A DNA stretch of 64,000 nt from Tubulanus polymorphus (lineage: Eukaryota > Animalia > Nemertea). The notes under the pieces were generated by a model. The model saw nothing but the letters and a program-made list of their open reading frames with translations. It made no database searches and was not told the origin of the DNA. Both the position numbers and the translations under genes were made by a program. Positions 25,468 to 35,933 of this stretch are shown piece by piece. The DNA lies in the NCBI RefSeq assembly GCF_964204645.1, contig NC_134033.1, positions 15,384,655-15,448,654 on the forward strand, read 5' to 3'. Position 1 is the first letter of the stretch; the number at the start of each line of letters is the position of its first letter.

Positions 25468-25906
25468 ATGAAATTCGTATTTGGTTGGTTGATGATCATC
25501 TGTTTTCTCGGGTTAGTGACTGTTACTGTTGCGCAAGATGGCGGTAAGCATATTCCATTTCATTTCCACGCGTTAAGGTGGCAGGTTTGATGATTCTCAT
25601 TTTTTTCTAATGATAGATAAGGCTGAGTTGGAACAGACAAGAGAAAAGTTGCAAGAATTTCATGCAGTAAAAAAACGATTCATCTGGGGTCTAATAAAAA
25701 ACATTTCACATTATTACTACGAAAACAAGGATGTTACCTGTTTCTGGAACAAATGGGAAGACCGTGACGCCCGCGCCCATATCGAAAGAACTTATAACAG
25801 CTGTCGATACTCGTACGTTAAACGTACCTGGGGTAGGGCGAACGGAAGATGGTATTGTCTGTGGAAACAAGCTGCCTGTAAAGCTAAGGGCTACCCTCTT
25901 GATTAG
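25468..25906 (+). CDS. Secreted 4-Cys prepropeptide, paralogue 2 (exons 25468-25543 and 25617-25906)
   Basis: Signal exon and intron nearly identical to paralogue 1 in inverted orientation; KKR|FIWGLIKNISHYY; same Cys spacing; shared upstream non-coding exon (donor near 25378, counterpart near 24350). Confidence 0.82.
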
Positions 25907-25970
25907 GTTTGGTGATGAAATTCGTTTACTTATTCATGTACACGATATCATTTTTACGTTGTAAAAATGG

Positions 25971-26308
25971 CATCCTCCCTCTGCAGGGACTCGAACCTGA
26001 TGGCATCGCTACACTGAGCCACGGCACGAACTCCTGCCATAGACGACCATGTGCGCAGTTACATGCGCACTATCCGAACGAAAACTGGCGGCACCAATCA
26101 GATTGCTCGTTGTATAAACGTTGAGGCAAATTTCAAGGAGGAACTATAAATGGGAAAACCCGGGCTAAAATAAAACGGGATTTCTGATTGGCTTAAAATC
26201 ACATCATCTGAACTGCGCATGTATCTGCGCACACGGTCGATTGTGGCAGGATTTCGTGCCGTGGCAATATCGATGCTATCAGGTTCGAATCCCTGCCGGG
26301 GGAGGATG
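25971..26308. mobile_element. Mutator (MULE)-like MITE, copy 1
   Basis: About 100-bp imperfect TIRs (CATCCTCCC...GGGAGGATG) and a 9-bp TSD TAAAAATGG. Inverted sibling at 46776-47114. Confidence 0.85.
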
Positions 26309-27407
26309 TAAAAATGGCGTCAAAATAAACAAAACAAAAACGTATTTTAGATAAAACGTATATATTCTCGTGATCTATGCGGTCATATCTTTCGCCATAC
26401 GTCAGAACCGATTGAAAGGTTTTTAGGAGGAACATTTACGATATCGGTCGTGTGATTAACGAAGATTTCTATTGTCTGGGTACGGAATGGATTAACCGAT
26501 TATTTAGTATCGCGGTAAATCCATTCCGTACTCAGATGATGGAATGGTTTTTAGCCGAAACGTTGTTGAAATATAAAAACCTTTTACTCGAGCACTTTAC
26601 ACCAGTTTGGCTGATTTATTGTGGGATTTTTCTCGTATTCAGTTTACACGGATATTGTGTATGTTCTCAACCTACCTTTTTTCCTCTTTAAAATTGAAGC
26701 ATGTTTCGAATAGACATATACGAAATATTTGAAACCTACTTATATAAATTCGAAAGTCTACAAAAACGGAATTTATGGCAGGTTTTGATTGGTCTCTACC
26801 GATTCTGGAATTCTCTTCTGGCGTGTCCGTTTTCAGCTGGTTGAGAGTTTACGATCCGAAATAGCTATTTTCTCAAACCGTAATACGTGCAACTGATACC
26901 TGCTTAAAATGGACCAGAAAGAGCAGTCTTTACGTGTTTGGTTTCCGAGGTTATGTTCCTATATCCGTCAATCGGCAACGATTTCATGCATAACATCAAA
27001 ATTCATAAAGAGGGATTTTTCGTAACGCTTAATTCTTAAAACTCAGACAACGATATTTATTTTACGAAATATTGACGTTGAATATCACAATACGATTTGT
27101 TTCGTAAGAATATGACGACCAGTGCGACCTGTCTAGATTGGATACTGATCCCTTACAATTAGTCCAACAGATGGAGCCACGTAAGTAATTCCGGTTTTGT
27201 CACGTCGATCTATTGAGGAGATCCACGAAATGTATCGCCCTTAGTGGATATATTTGACGTGTTCTCGTCGACTTCACACTAGCGCTCCTAGTGGATCTTC
27301 CGTTGCCGCAGTAGGATTGTCAGGTTCCTAATACACGTGAAAAACTGACTTCACACCAGCGCTCCTGACAGATGCCCGATTGCCGCAGTAGCGTTCCATT
27401 CAATATA

Positions 27408-27587
27408 CAGTCAAACCCCGATAAACCGCCCTCCCATTTACTGCCATCCCCGCCATCCTACCGCCAGGTTTTCTTAATGTACATCTCAATACAAATACAT
27501 AATAAAACACCCCCGATATACCGCCATACTCTCTATACAGCCAGAATCATTCTGCACGGATGTAAGCGGTATATCGGGGGCTGACTG
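27408..27587. mobile_element. Tc1/mariner-like MITE
   Basis: TA|CAGTCAAACCCCGATA...TATCGGGGGCTGACTG|TA. Siblings at 47948-48127 and 50106-50281. Confidence 0.8.
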
Positions 27588-27942
27588 TATATATCTTAAT
27601 GTGCAACAATTACAATCTTTAAAACTCCATTTATAAATACGAACAATCTTTCAATCTAAAACACTGCAGAAATGCTTTCTTTCTCTATATTTACAATGAT
27701 CTATACATCAATGCCCTTACACTGAAACAACCGGAAGCTAGTTCCAAAGTTCTTGGTGGTTAGAATTTGACTCTAAGGTTTAAAGAACTAATGTAAATAC
27801 CTAATCTAAACAACAGTAGGTTTAAACTAAACCAAGATCCGTGGAACTGGATCCAGGAGGCTCCATTTTTCCGTTCTGCGTATATCAAATATATTTTCTA
27901 TAGGTATCTAAATTTATCATTCTTACAATTTTTAGATCATCA

Positions 27943-28235
27943 ATCAGCAATCATTTACTGTTTCTCTGAAGACATTCATTTCAACTTTTCATCTGAAGAT
28001 GAGATTTGTATAAATCTCAAAACTGTCACAGATGAATAAACTAAATACATGTATCATCATTTCCAATCTGTAGATATCGTCAATGTGGGTTTCAGCAATC
28101 ATTTAGTGCCGTTTCTCTGAAGACATTCATAAACTTTTCAGCTGAAGATGAGATTTGGATAAATCTCCAAATATTGTCACAGATGAATAAACTAAATATC
28201 ATCATTGCCAATCTGTAGATATCATCAATGTGGGA
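27943..28235. repeat. Local tandem duplication of about 148 bp
   Basis: TCAGCAATCATTTA...GATATC(G/A)TCAATGTGGG occurs twice. Confidence 0.75.
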
Positions 28236-28319
28236 TTGTACATCATCATCAACACTGAGAATATACTTTAGTTTATCCGTCATAATGGTGATTTACCTTA
28301 ATAGGTAATTTAAGGCTAC

Positions 28320-29582
28320 TGATCCGCAGCAAGATTCCGTAGTAACTAAAGAATGTTCGTAATGATGGTTTTTGTTTACGATGGTGGTTTCTTTATGGGT
28401 ATCAGACCGCAAACGATGTGTGCAAGTTGTTGTTTGATGCTTTGATCTACCAGCGCTGACAATAAATCAGCCAGGGGTAAAAATAATTCTTCCTCGGTTC
28501 TTGTGCTGCGATATCTGGCAAACATTCAGAATTATTTTTAAAACTTAAGGATAGACGTAATTGGTTGGGTCGGAACGATGAGGTGCTTTGATAGTGTGGT
28601 TTGTGCAGGGATCTCGCTGTTACTTCTTGATACTCCCGACTACTTTCTATAAAAGGAAGAACCGGAAGTATAGGGAGACATGGTTGTTTTGCTTTATCCT
28701 GTAGTATTATAGAGTTAGTTAAATTATAAATGAAAATTGGTATAATAAGTATAGAATGATTTTAGATTTGATAATTAATTACATTGTATTTCTGAATCAA
28801 AAGTTTACTATTGTTGATTGGAAAAAGAAACGATGAGTTTGTTCCATAATCTAGGTGAAAACTAAGTTTTGAAAATATATCTAAATTAAGTATCCTGGAT
28901 GTTAATTAAGGACAAGACCTTTATAATCGCTTAAGTTTTATGGAAGTTTAATTGTGGCAAATATCAATACTAGCTCTCTAAGGTTTCTGTTGGTGTACAT
29001 GTCTGTTGGTAACTCGTAGAGAATAGCTGCTCTCTCAACGATGATGAGTAGGGAGTGAGTAAATCAAAGCGCGTTATGACAGGAGGGTTGGAAAGAAAAG
29101 TTACTTTGGCAAATCAGTTTCTCAAATAATTTTAGATTAGCAAATCATTAAGGCTAATTCTACATGTCCAAAACCGTCATGACAGCTAGGTTGCTGCTCC
29201 TTGCCAAAAGTCGAACGGGAGAGTCGGCATTCTAGGAATGTCGATCTTTTCTATAAAAAAGGCCCGCAGTCTTGAGAAAGCAGACTTACCAGGGACGCTC
29301 GTTAGAGATACTTGAGGTTTGGGTGGAAATACCAGAATAAAGACGGGTTACCATCAGTAGTGTACGATAGGAATTTGGAGTTAGGAATTGGACTGTGTAC
29401 TATCTGGAGTTATTACTTTCATCAAGGTAAATAAAGTCTATATTATTATTATTATATTCAATCGGAATTTCGGCATTTTAGTTTAATTAGTTGGGTTTGT
29501 GCACGGACACGTTCTCTCGCCAGGGACCGATCTTTACGTTTTATATTCAACGATTAAGGAGAGGATTGTGACCGGTGTATCA
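28320..29582 (+). repeat. 5' LTR
   Basis: Direct repeat of 34671-35933; TATAAAA at 29252 and AATAAA at 29336. Confidence 0.95.
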
Positions 29583-29583
29583 T

Positions 29584-29594
29584 TGGTGCCGAAA
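29584..29594 (+). promoter_or_regulatory. Primer-binding site complementary to the tRNA-Phe 3' end
   Basis: TGGTGCCGAAA, 1 nt after the LTR, is the reverse complement of TTTCGGCACCA at the end of metazoan tRNA-Phe. Confidence 0.75.
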
Positions 29595-30187
29595 ACCTTA
29601 CTGTTTAGTTCAGTTGTGCCGGAAACTTTTGCATTAGTAATTAATTGTTGTTCAAATGGTATACATTTTTATATGCTCACATTGTGGTGCGAAGAACGCA
29701 TTTTCTAAGAAGCGCCGCGCTACAACCAACCCAACATTCGGAAAGCTATTGTGGGAGTCGAACCCACCTCAAACGAAACCGTTTGAAATTCCGGTCGAGT
29801 TTCGGGAACCATTGTGGGATTTGAACCCACTGCCAACTCCGGTCGTCCCTGTTGAGACATTGCGGGATTCGAACCCGCGAAGTGCACGACCATTTGAGAT
29901 TCCGGAGGAACTTCGAGAGCCGTCGTGGGATTCGAACCCACCACTGCACGCTCATGTGTAATACCGGAGGAGTGTCGGGGACCTCTGTGGGATTCTAACC
30001 CACTCGCCATGCAGGTCGACACCGATGGGGCTGCACTACAGCCATTGAGGGGTTCGAACCCTCCACCTTGTGAATTGCCAAAACCGTCCAGCCAGGATGG
30101 GGAATCGAACCTACATCTGTTTTTTGGGTTGTCAATTTAAAAAAAAAAAAATGTTATTTTAGATTAGTATTCGTTTAAAGATATACA

Positions 30188-31246
30188 ATGTCGACTGGAG
30201 GGGAGACGACGTACGGTGCGGGTGGCTCACGGGAACGATCCGCTGTAAGCAACGACACTGTTCTGCAGGCCCTCTCTGGCCTTCGCGAACAGGTGGACAC
30301 AGCCACGGCGTTCATGAATTTCTCTTTGCTCCCTAAATTTACGGGACGAGACGACCAGTGCGTCACTGATTGGTTCAAAGGATTTGACCGTTTGGCCGAC
30401 CTAAGGGGTTGGAACGATGACGCTAAAAAGAAACAGTTGTATTGGTTTTTGGCTGGCCCGGCCCTAATCTTATTTAATGATCTTCGAATTGATCAGGGAA
30501 CCGATGCGACCGGTGGCAAAGTTGTCACTCCCTGGGAAAATATTGTCCGTGCGTTTTGCGCGCAATTTAGCCCCACCTCGTGGGCTTTGGTCAAGGAGTC
30601 GGCTTTGACGACGATGCGACAGGGGGAGACACAACCGGTCGATAGGTTTGCGGAAGAGATTGATCGTGTGGCCTCGAGTTTGAAATTTTCGGACCACCAG
30701 AAAAAGATGTTACTAATTAATAACTCCCGCCCTGATATTTCTGTCTATTTGTTGTCACAGCGTCCTACGACGTTTAGGGATGCATGGGAGGCAGCCAGAA
30801 TGGCGGAGCATATCGAACAACGTAAAGCTCTGTCGTCTCCCAAGGTATCGCAAATTGGGACCGAACCAAATAAAGCGATGGGTGACGTTATGGCTGAATT
30901 ACGGGACATGTTCCGCCAAATTATGGACATCCAGAAGTCTACCCGTACTCAGCGGAATGATAGAGCCACATTTTATAGCGAAAGCCGCCCGTTACAAAGG
31001 TCACAGGATGGCCAGGTGGTGTGCTTTCAATGTCACGCCCCTGGTCATTACGCCAGGAATTGCCCGACGTGGCGTTACGACCAACAAAGGTCACCAAACC
31101 GGGACGCATTTCAGCGTGATAATCGCCGTCCCCAAAATTCTGGTAGGGGTCAGTTTCGGTCACAGAATCTTGGGCGTGATTCCCAGCGGGTTAATCGAAC
31201 ATTTGGTCAGGGAAACGACCGGAGACCTCATCCTATGGACCGATAA
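30188..31246 (+). CDS. gag: Retrotransposon Gag with CCHC zinc knuckle (352 aa)
   Basis: LPKFTG...WFKGF capsid-like N-terminus, MRQGETQPVDRF motif, and CFQCHAPGHYARNC knuckle. Confidence 0.92.
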   Translation: MSTGGETTYGAGGSRERSAVSNDTVLQALSGLREQVDTATAFMNFSLLPKFTGRDDQCVTDWFKGFDRLADLRGWNDDAKKKQLYWFLAGPALILFNDLRIDQGTDATGGKVVTPWENIVRAFCAQFSPTSWALVKESALTTMRQGETQPVDRFAEEIDRVASSLKFSDHQKKMLLINNSRPDISVYLLSQRPTTFRDAWEAARMAEHIEQRKALSSPKVSQIGTEPNKAMGDVMAELRDMFRQIMDIQKSTRTQRNDRATFYSESRPLQRSQDGQVVCFQCHAPGHYARNCPTWRYDQQRSPNRDAFQRDNRRPQNSGRGQFRSQNLGRDSQRVNRTFGQGNDRRPHPMDR

Positions 31247-33207
31247 GGGTGGGGTCGCGCAATGAATGGTCAACTGAGCCCTCGCCGGACTCGTTAATAA
31301 GGAGTGATTATTGGTGGGATGACACATATTCGGGTTATCATAGTTATGATGATGACAGTCCGGTAATTGATGATTATATTTTTGATGATGATGATGATGA
31401 TGATGATTATTATTTAGAGGACGATAGGGATGATATATTTGACATGTCATTTGATCAGGGCGACATGCTAGCTGATTCAGTTGACGATTATTTTGAACCT
31501 GAGGGGAACTGTAATGCAGATTACTTAGATGACACTGAACCTTTACATTTAGATAAGTTTATTGATTATCACACTCCTTCATGGGGTGCCGATGACGTTT
31601 ATGACATTCAAGATCGTAACTTTGGGGATAGCTGGAGGGACAATTCTCAGTTGTCGTTAGATGGAAATTTTTATATGGATCAGGGATCCAATTTTGAGGA
31701 CATCTGGAGGGACAATTCCCAGTTGTCGGCTACTTACGAGCATATAAAAAGACACAGGAGGGTTACGTTTAGCGATCCGGTTAAATTGCAGGAGGTACGT
31801 GCTGATATGGCGTGCTCGGGTGACAATATTAGTATTGATAGGTCACACCCTAGAGGGGTTAATGGTCCGACGGATTCGGCAGAAGATGACCTTTTTAGAG
31901 ATAGGAAGTCTCATTTAGATTGTCACGAAGGCGCTTTTGATCAGTATAGGTACCCAGCAACCTCCGAATCAGCAATACAATGTGATCTTGTGTCATCAGA
32001 TTCAAGTAGTAGTAATAATTCACGATCGGAATGTCTTAATGATCAGAGTAATATGGAAACTATTTTGTCAAAGATATCTAGTCAGGAGTCAATGTCGGAG
32101 AATTTGTGTCACTCGTTTGAAAGAGGACAGCACTTTCCTGTCACCTCAAATGCCAGCAGTTTTCACCATCCAGTTGGGGATGGAATTTCCCATGAACAGG
32201 ACAGAGGTCAAGTTGTCCTCACGTCTAAACCGAATATGCCAATCAACGAAAAGGTTGGGATAGGAGATTCGAACTCCGATTGTCAACCAACTGTTCACTG
32301 TCAGGAACAATTTCCACCTGTTACGATGACTTTAGGTAACACGTCAACCAACGACATAGGGTCCTTTTCCAGTCAGAACAACACTATTGGACAGGAGGCT
32401 TATTCCCCGTCAATCATGGCAACTGCCGCCAACCGAGTGACTGGTAGTCATTCAGGGACACCGTTAAACATTTTGATTGATACGGGTGCCGATATTTCTG
32501 TAGTGTCAAACAATTACTTCATCAATCATCCTCAGATATCGAATGGCCCTTTGCAGGAGGGACAATTTCAGTCCACCCGTGGGGTAGATGGTACTAAGTT
32601 TTATTTAAAAGGTATTATTTCCATAGATTTTGTATTTGGAAATTTGGACGTGTCACACTCTATGTACGTGGTGGATGGAGTCACCTCGGACTTCATTCTC
32701 GGAGTTGATTTCCTGGAACGAAACCAGGCAGTTATCGATTATGCTAAAAAGGCTCTCTTGTTGCCAGGCGCCGACATAATTTACTTTAGTAATGATGTCA
32801 TCTTGGGGAAATCTTCGTCGGTTAAAGTCACGCGTATGACTGTTATTCCCCCTTCATGCGATGTCACCGTAGACCGTAAGTGGTTAATTGACAAGTCTCA
32901 GTCATCGATTGCAGCCTTTGAGCCTGTACATGATTTGAGAATGCGTGATCTCATGAGCGCAAGGTCAGTTGTTAGCGTCATGCCATCAAGGCATAGGCTT
33001 CGAGTCACGAACCCTACGTCACGACACGTCACCCTCTTTGAAGATACGTGTCGTAGTGATTCGTGGACAGATGGGTGGTCACTTGACCGATCACTCAAAA
33101 CAGAGGCGAAGTCAGGACAGCTTCCTCGGCCACCGGAGGTGTCTATCACACATGTGGAAGACCCTCAGACGTCAGACGAAATTTGTAAGTATAATCGAAT
33201 TATTTAG
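31210..33207 (+). CDS. Retropepsin-containing ORF2, probably translated as Gag-Pro by -1 frameshift
   Basis: ILIDTGADISVV (near 32479) and DFILGVDFL motifs. The ORF is in the -1 frame relative to gag and is open back to G GGA AAC at 31210. Confidence 0.85.
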   Translation, partial: GKRPETSSYGPIRVGSRNEWSTEPSPDSLIRSDYWWDDTYSGYHSYDDDSPVIDDYIFDDDDDDDDYYLEDDRDDIFDMSFDQGDMLADSVDDYFEPEGNCNADYLDDTEPLHLDKFIDYHTPSWGADDVYDIQDRNFGDSWRDNSQLSLDGNFYMDQGSNFEDIWRDNSQLSATYEHIKRHRRVTFSDPVKLQEVRADMACSGDNISIDRSHPRGVNGPTDSAEDDLFRDRKSHLDCHEGAFDQYRYPATSESAIQCDLVSSDSSSSNNSRSECLNDQSNMETILSKISSQESMSENLCHSFERGQHFPVTSNASSFHHPVGDGISHEQDRGQVVLTSKPNMPINEKVGIGDSNSDCQPTVHCQEQFPPVTMTLGNTSTNDIGSFSSQNNTIGQEAYSPSIMATAANRVTGSHSGTPLNILIDTGADISVVSNNYFINHPQISNGPLQEGQFQSTRGVDGTKFYLKGIISIDFVFGNLDVSHSMYVVDGVTSDFILGVDFLERNQAVIDYAKKALLLPGADIIYFSNDVILGKSSSVKVTRMTVIPPSCDVTVDRKWLIDKSQSSIAAFEPVHDLRMRDLMSARSVVSVMPSRHRLRVTNPTSRHVTLFEDTCRSDSWTDGWSLDRSLKTEAKSGQLPRPPEVSITHVEDPQTSDEICKYNRII

Positions 33208-34670
33208 AGTTTGGATCAAGATGCATACGTCCTATTGAAAATTATGAATTGTATACGGTAAGCGTCTCTTCAGTAGGTTATCGAAATATAATTACATAAG
33301 TATTGTGAAACTGAAGTATATATAACGCATTGTTGCCAATGAGTTAACTCCTGATCTGGGTTTAATCTAATACAGGAGATAAAGACAACTATAAATAAAA
33401 GTGAATAATAGCTTGATTGTCGTGATATTGGTTTTTTTTTTTTTTGCTGAAATATCACTAGTCTCTAGGGTTTATTATCTGTAGTCTGAATGGATGTCAT
33501 TAATTGTCAGTTAGAAAAGAAAGAGTTATGATATGTTTGAATAATCTCTGTATTATTATGATATTAATTGTAGGATACCCGTATCGGATGTGTTGGAATG
33601 AGACCGCCGAAGATACGATAGCACTAAGATGGAAAAATGCCTTCTGTCAACCGCAATAGATGTTGATGGGTACCCCCCTGATAGTGACCATATGGAGATG
33701 GGGACTTGTTGGGAGGTATCCTGAAACTCTATTCGATGCAACTGATAGTTTGAAAAACCAGCAACTGGTATGCTCTGGCCGAGATGGGTGATATTAATTC
33801 ACCGATTCGTCAATTAACGAGGAAAAAGGAACAACTATATACAGCCTACAACAACGATCTAGGGCGTTGCCGTTTCAACGGGATGGAATTATGCTCGATG
33901 ATTAGTCATGCGATTCTGGCCATTGTTAGTGGTGTTTGTCACTCTCGAAGACCTGTTATATACTCTCAAACTTAAGTGATGAAGGGTGGACAAAGACACC
34001 TGGCCAATGCGATACGAAATATGAAGAAAAGTGATAATTTCCGTAGACATTTTAGCGGAGTAAAGCCGAGTGTGTTCAAGATGGCTCCCGTGTAGTTACA
34101 TTAACATTCGATGGAATGTTGTTCGCACAAGCCGTAAGATGCGAATACATTACTGTTCCGTTTCTATATTAACTGTGGAGAAAAGACTCCGATATAGTAA
34201 CCGTAGTACTATAGCGTCTATGAATAGCGAGCAAGTATCAGCTGAACATGAATGCGTTTTGCCGTACTATAAACGTAGCAGTACGCGCTTCGAGGAACTG
34301 CGGTGGATGACGTCATTCGTCCGACCATGACGTACCTTGTTGTGTCTGGTAGCTATTGCGTCACTTCGCGGTAAATTCTAAACTCAAACTGTGAACTGTT
34401 TTGTGCTTAACTTTCGAGTGTTTAGTGTGCGGGGACAGCGGTCTCGAATGAACTTTTTTCCGATTGGGTATCCGGAACTTTAAATGCGGTTTTATGATAT
34501 ACTATATCATGAACTTTAATATGCGTTGTAGTGTCAAACTCGTTACTCGTTATAATGAATTGTTTACTAATGTTCTTTTTCAGGATTTGTTCTAGAGGTA
34601 TCAGCGGGATATTCACGAGTTGGGTTAAATTCAAAATTTCGGGACGAAATTTAAACTGGATAGGGAGTGA

Positions 34671-35933
34671 TGATCCGCAGCAAGATTCCGTAGTAACTAA
34701 AGAATGTTCGTAATGATGGTTTTTGTTTACGATGGTGGTTTCTTTATGGGTATCAGACCGCAAACGATGTGTGCAAGTTGTTGTTTGATGCTTTGATCTA
34801 CCAGCGCTGACAATAAATCAGCCAGGGGTAAAAATAATTCTTCCTCGGTTCTTGTGCTGCGATATCTGGCAAACATTCAGAATTATTTTTAAAACTTAAG
34901 GATAGACGTAATTGGTTGGGTCGGAACGATGAGGTGCTTTGATAGTGTGGTTTGTGCAGGGATCTCGCTGTTACTTCTTGATACTCCCGACTACTTTCTA
35001 TAAAAGGAAGAACCGGAAGTATAGGGAGACATGGTTGTTTTGCTTTATCCTGTAGTATTATAGAGTTAGTTAAATTATAAATGAAAATTGGTATAATAAG
35101 TATAGAATGATTTTAGATTTGATAATTAATTACATTGTATTTCTGAATCAAAAGTTTACTATTGTTGATTGGAAAAAGAAACGATGAGTTTGTTCCATAA
35201 TCTAGGTGAAAACTAAGTTTTGAAAATATATCTAAATTAAGTATCCTGGATGTTAATTAAGGACAAGACCTTTATAATCGCTTAAGTTTTATGGAAGTTT
35301 AATTGTGGCAAATATCAATACTAGCTCTCTAAGGTTTCTGTTGGTGTACATGTCTGTTGGTAACTCGTAGAGAATAGCTGCTCTCTCAACGATGATGAGT
35401 AGGGAGTGAGTAAATCAAAGCGCGTTATGACAGGAGGGTTGGAAAGAAAAGTTACTTTGGCAAATCAGTTTCTCAAATAATTTTAGATTAGCAAATCATT
35501 AAGGCTAATTCTACATGTCCAAAACCGTCATGACAGCTAGGTTGCTGCTCCTTGCCAAAAGTCGAACGGGAGAGTCGGCATTCTAGGAATGTCGATCTTT
35601 TCTATAAAAAAGGCCCGCAGTCTTGAGAAAGCAGACTTACCAGGGACGCTCGTTAGAGATACTTGAGGTTTGGGTGGAAATACCAGAATAAAGACGGGTT
35701 ACCATCAGTAGTGTACGATAGGAATTTGGAGTTAGGAATTGGACTGTGTACTATCTGGAGTTATTACTTTCATCAAGGTAAATAAAGTCTATATTATTAT
35801 TATTATATTCAATCGGAATTTCGGCATTTTAGTTTAATTAGTTGGGTTTGTGCACGGACACGTTCTCTCGCCAGGGACCGATCTTTACGTTTTATATTCA
35901 ACGATTAAGGAGAGGATTGTGACCGGTGTATCA
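34671..35933 (+). repeat. 3' LTR
   Basis: Copy of 28320-29582, preceded by the PPT-like GGATAGGGAGTGA at 34658-34670. Confidence 0.95.

Larger units (their letters stand above)
28320..35933 (+). mobile_element. Non-autonomous Ty3/Gypsy-type LTR retrotransposon (Gag plus protease only)
   Basis: Two 1263-bp LTRs (TGAT...ATCA), 4-bp TSD CTAC (28316-28319 and 35934-35937), PBS after the 5' LTR, purine-rich tract before the 3' LTR, gag and protease ORFs; no RT, RNase H or integrase motifs seen. Confidence 0.95.

Noticed and set aside
27109-27180. Possible isolated exon (EYDDQCDLSRLDTDPLQLVQQMEP) with a GTAAGT donor
   Set aside because: No phase-compatible neighbouring exon or recognisable product was found.
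29751-30117. Cluster of tRNA genes on the minus strand
   Set aside because: Only T-arms are recognisable; no D-arm/A-box, anticodon arm or acceptor stem.
30780-31265. 161-aa ORF overlapping gag as a +1 frameshift product
   Set aside because: It ends at 31265 and has no motifs; the protease ORF is in the -1 frame.
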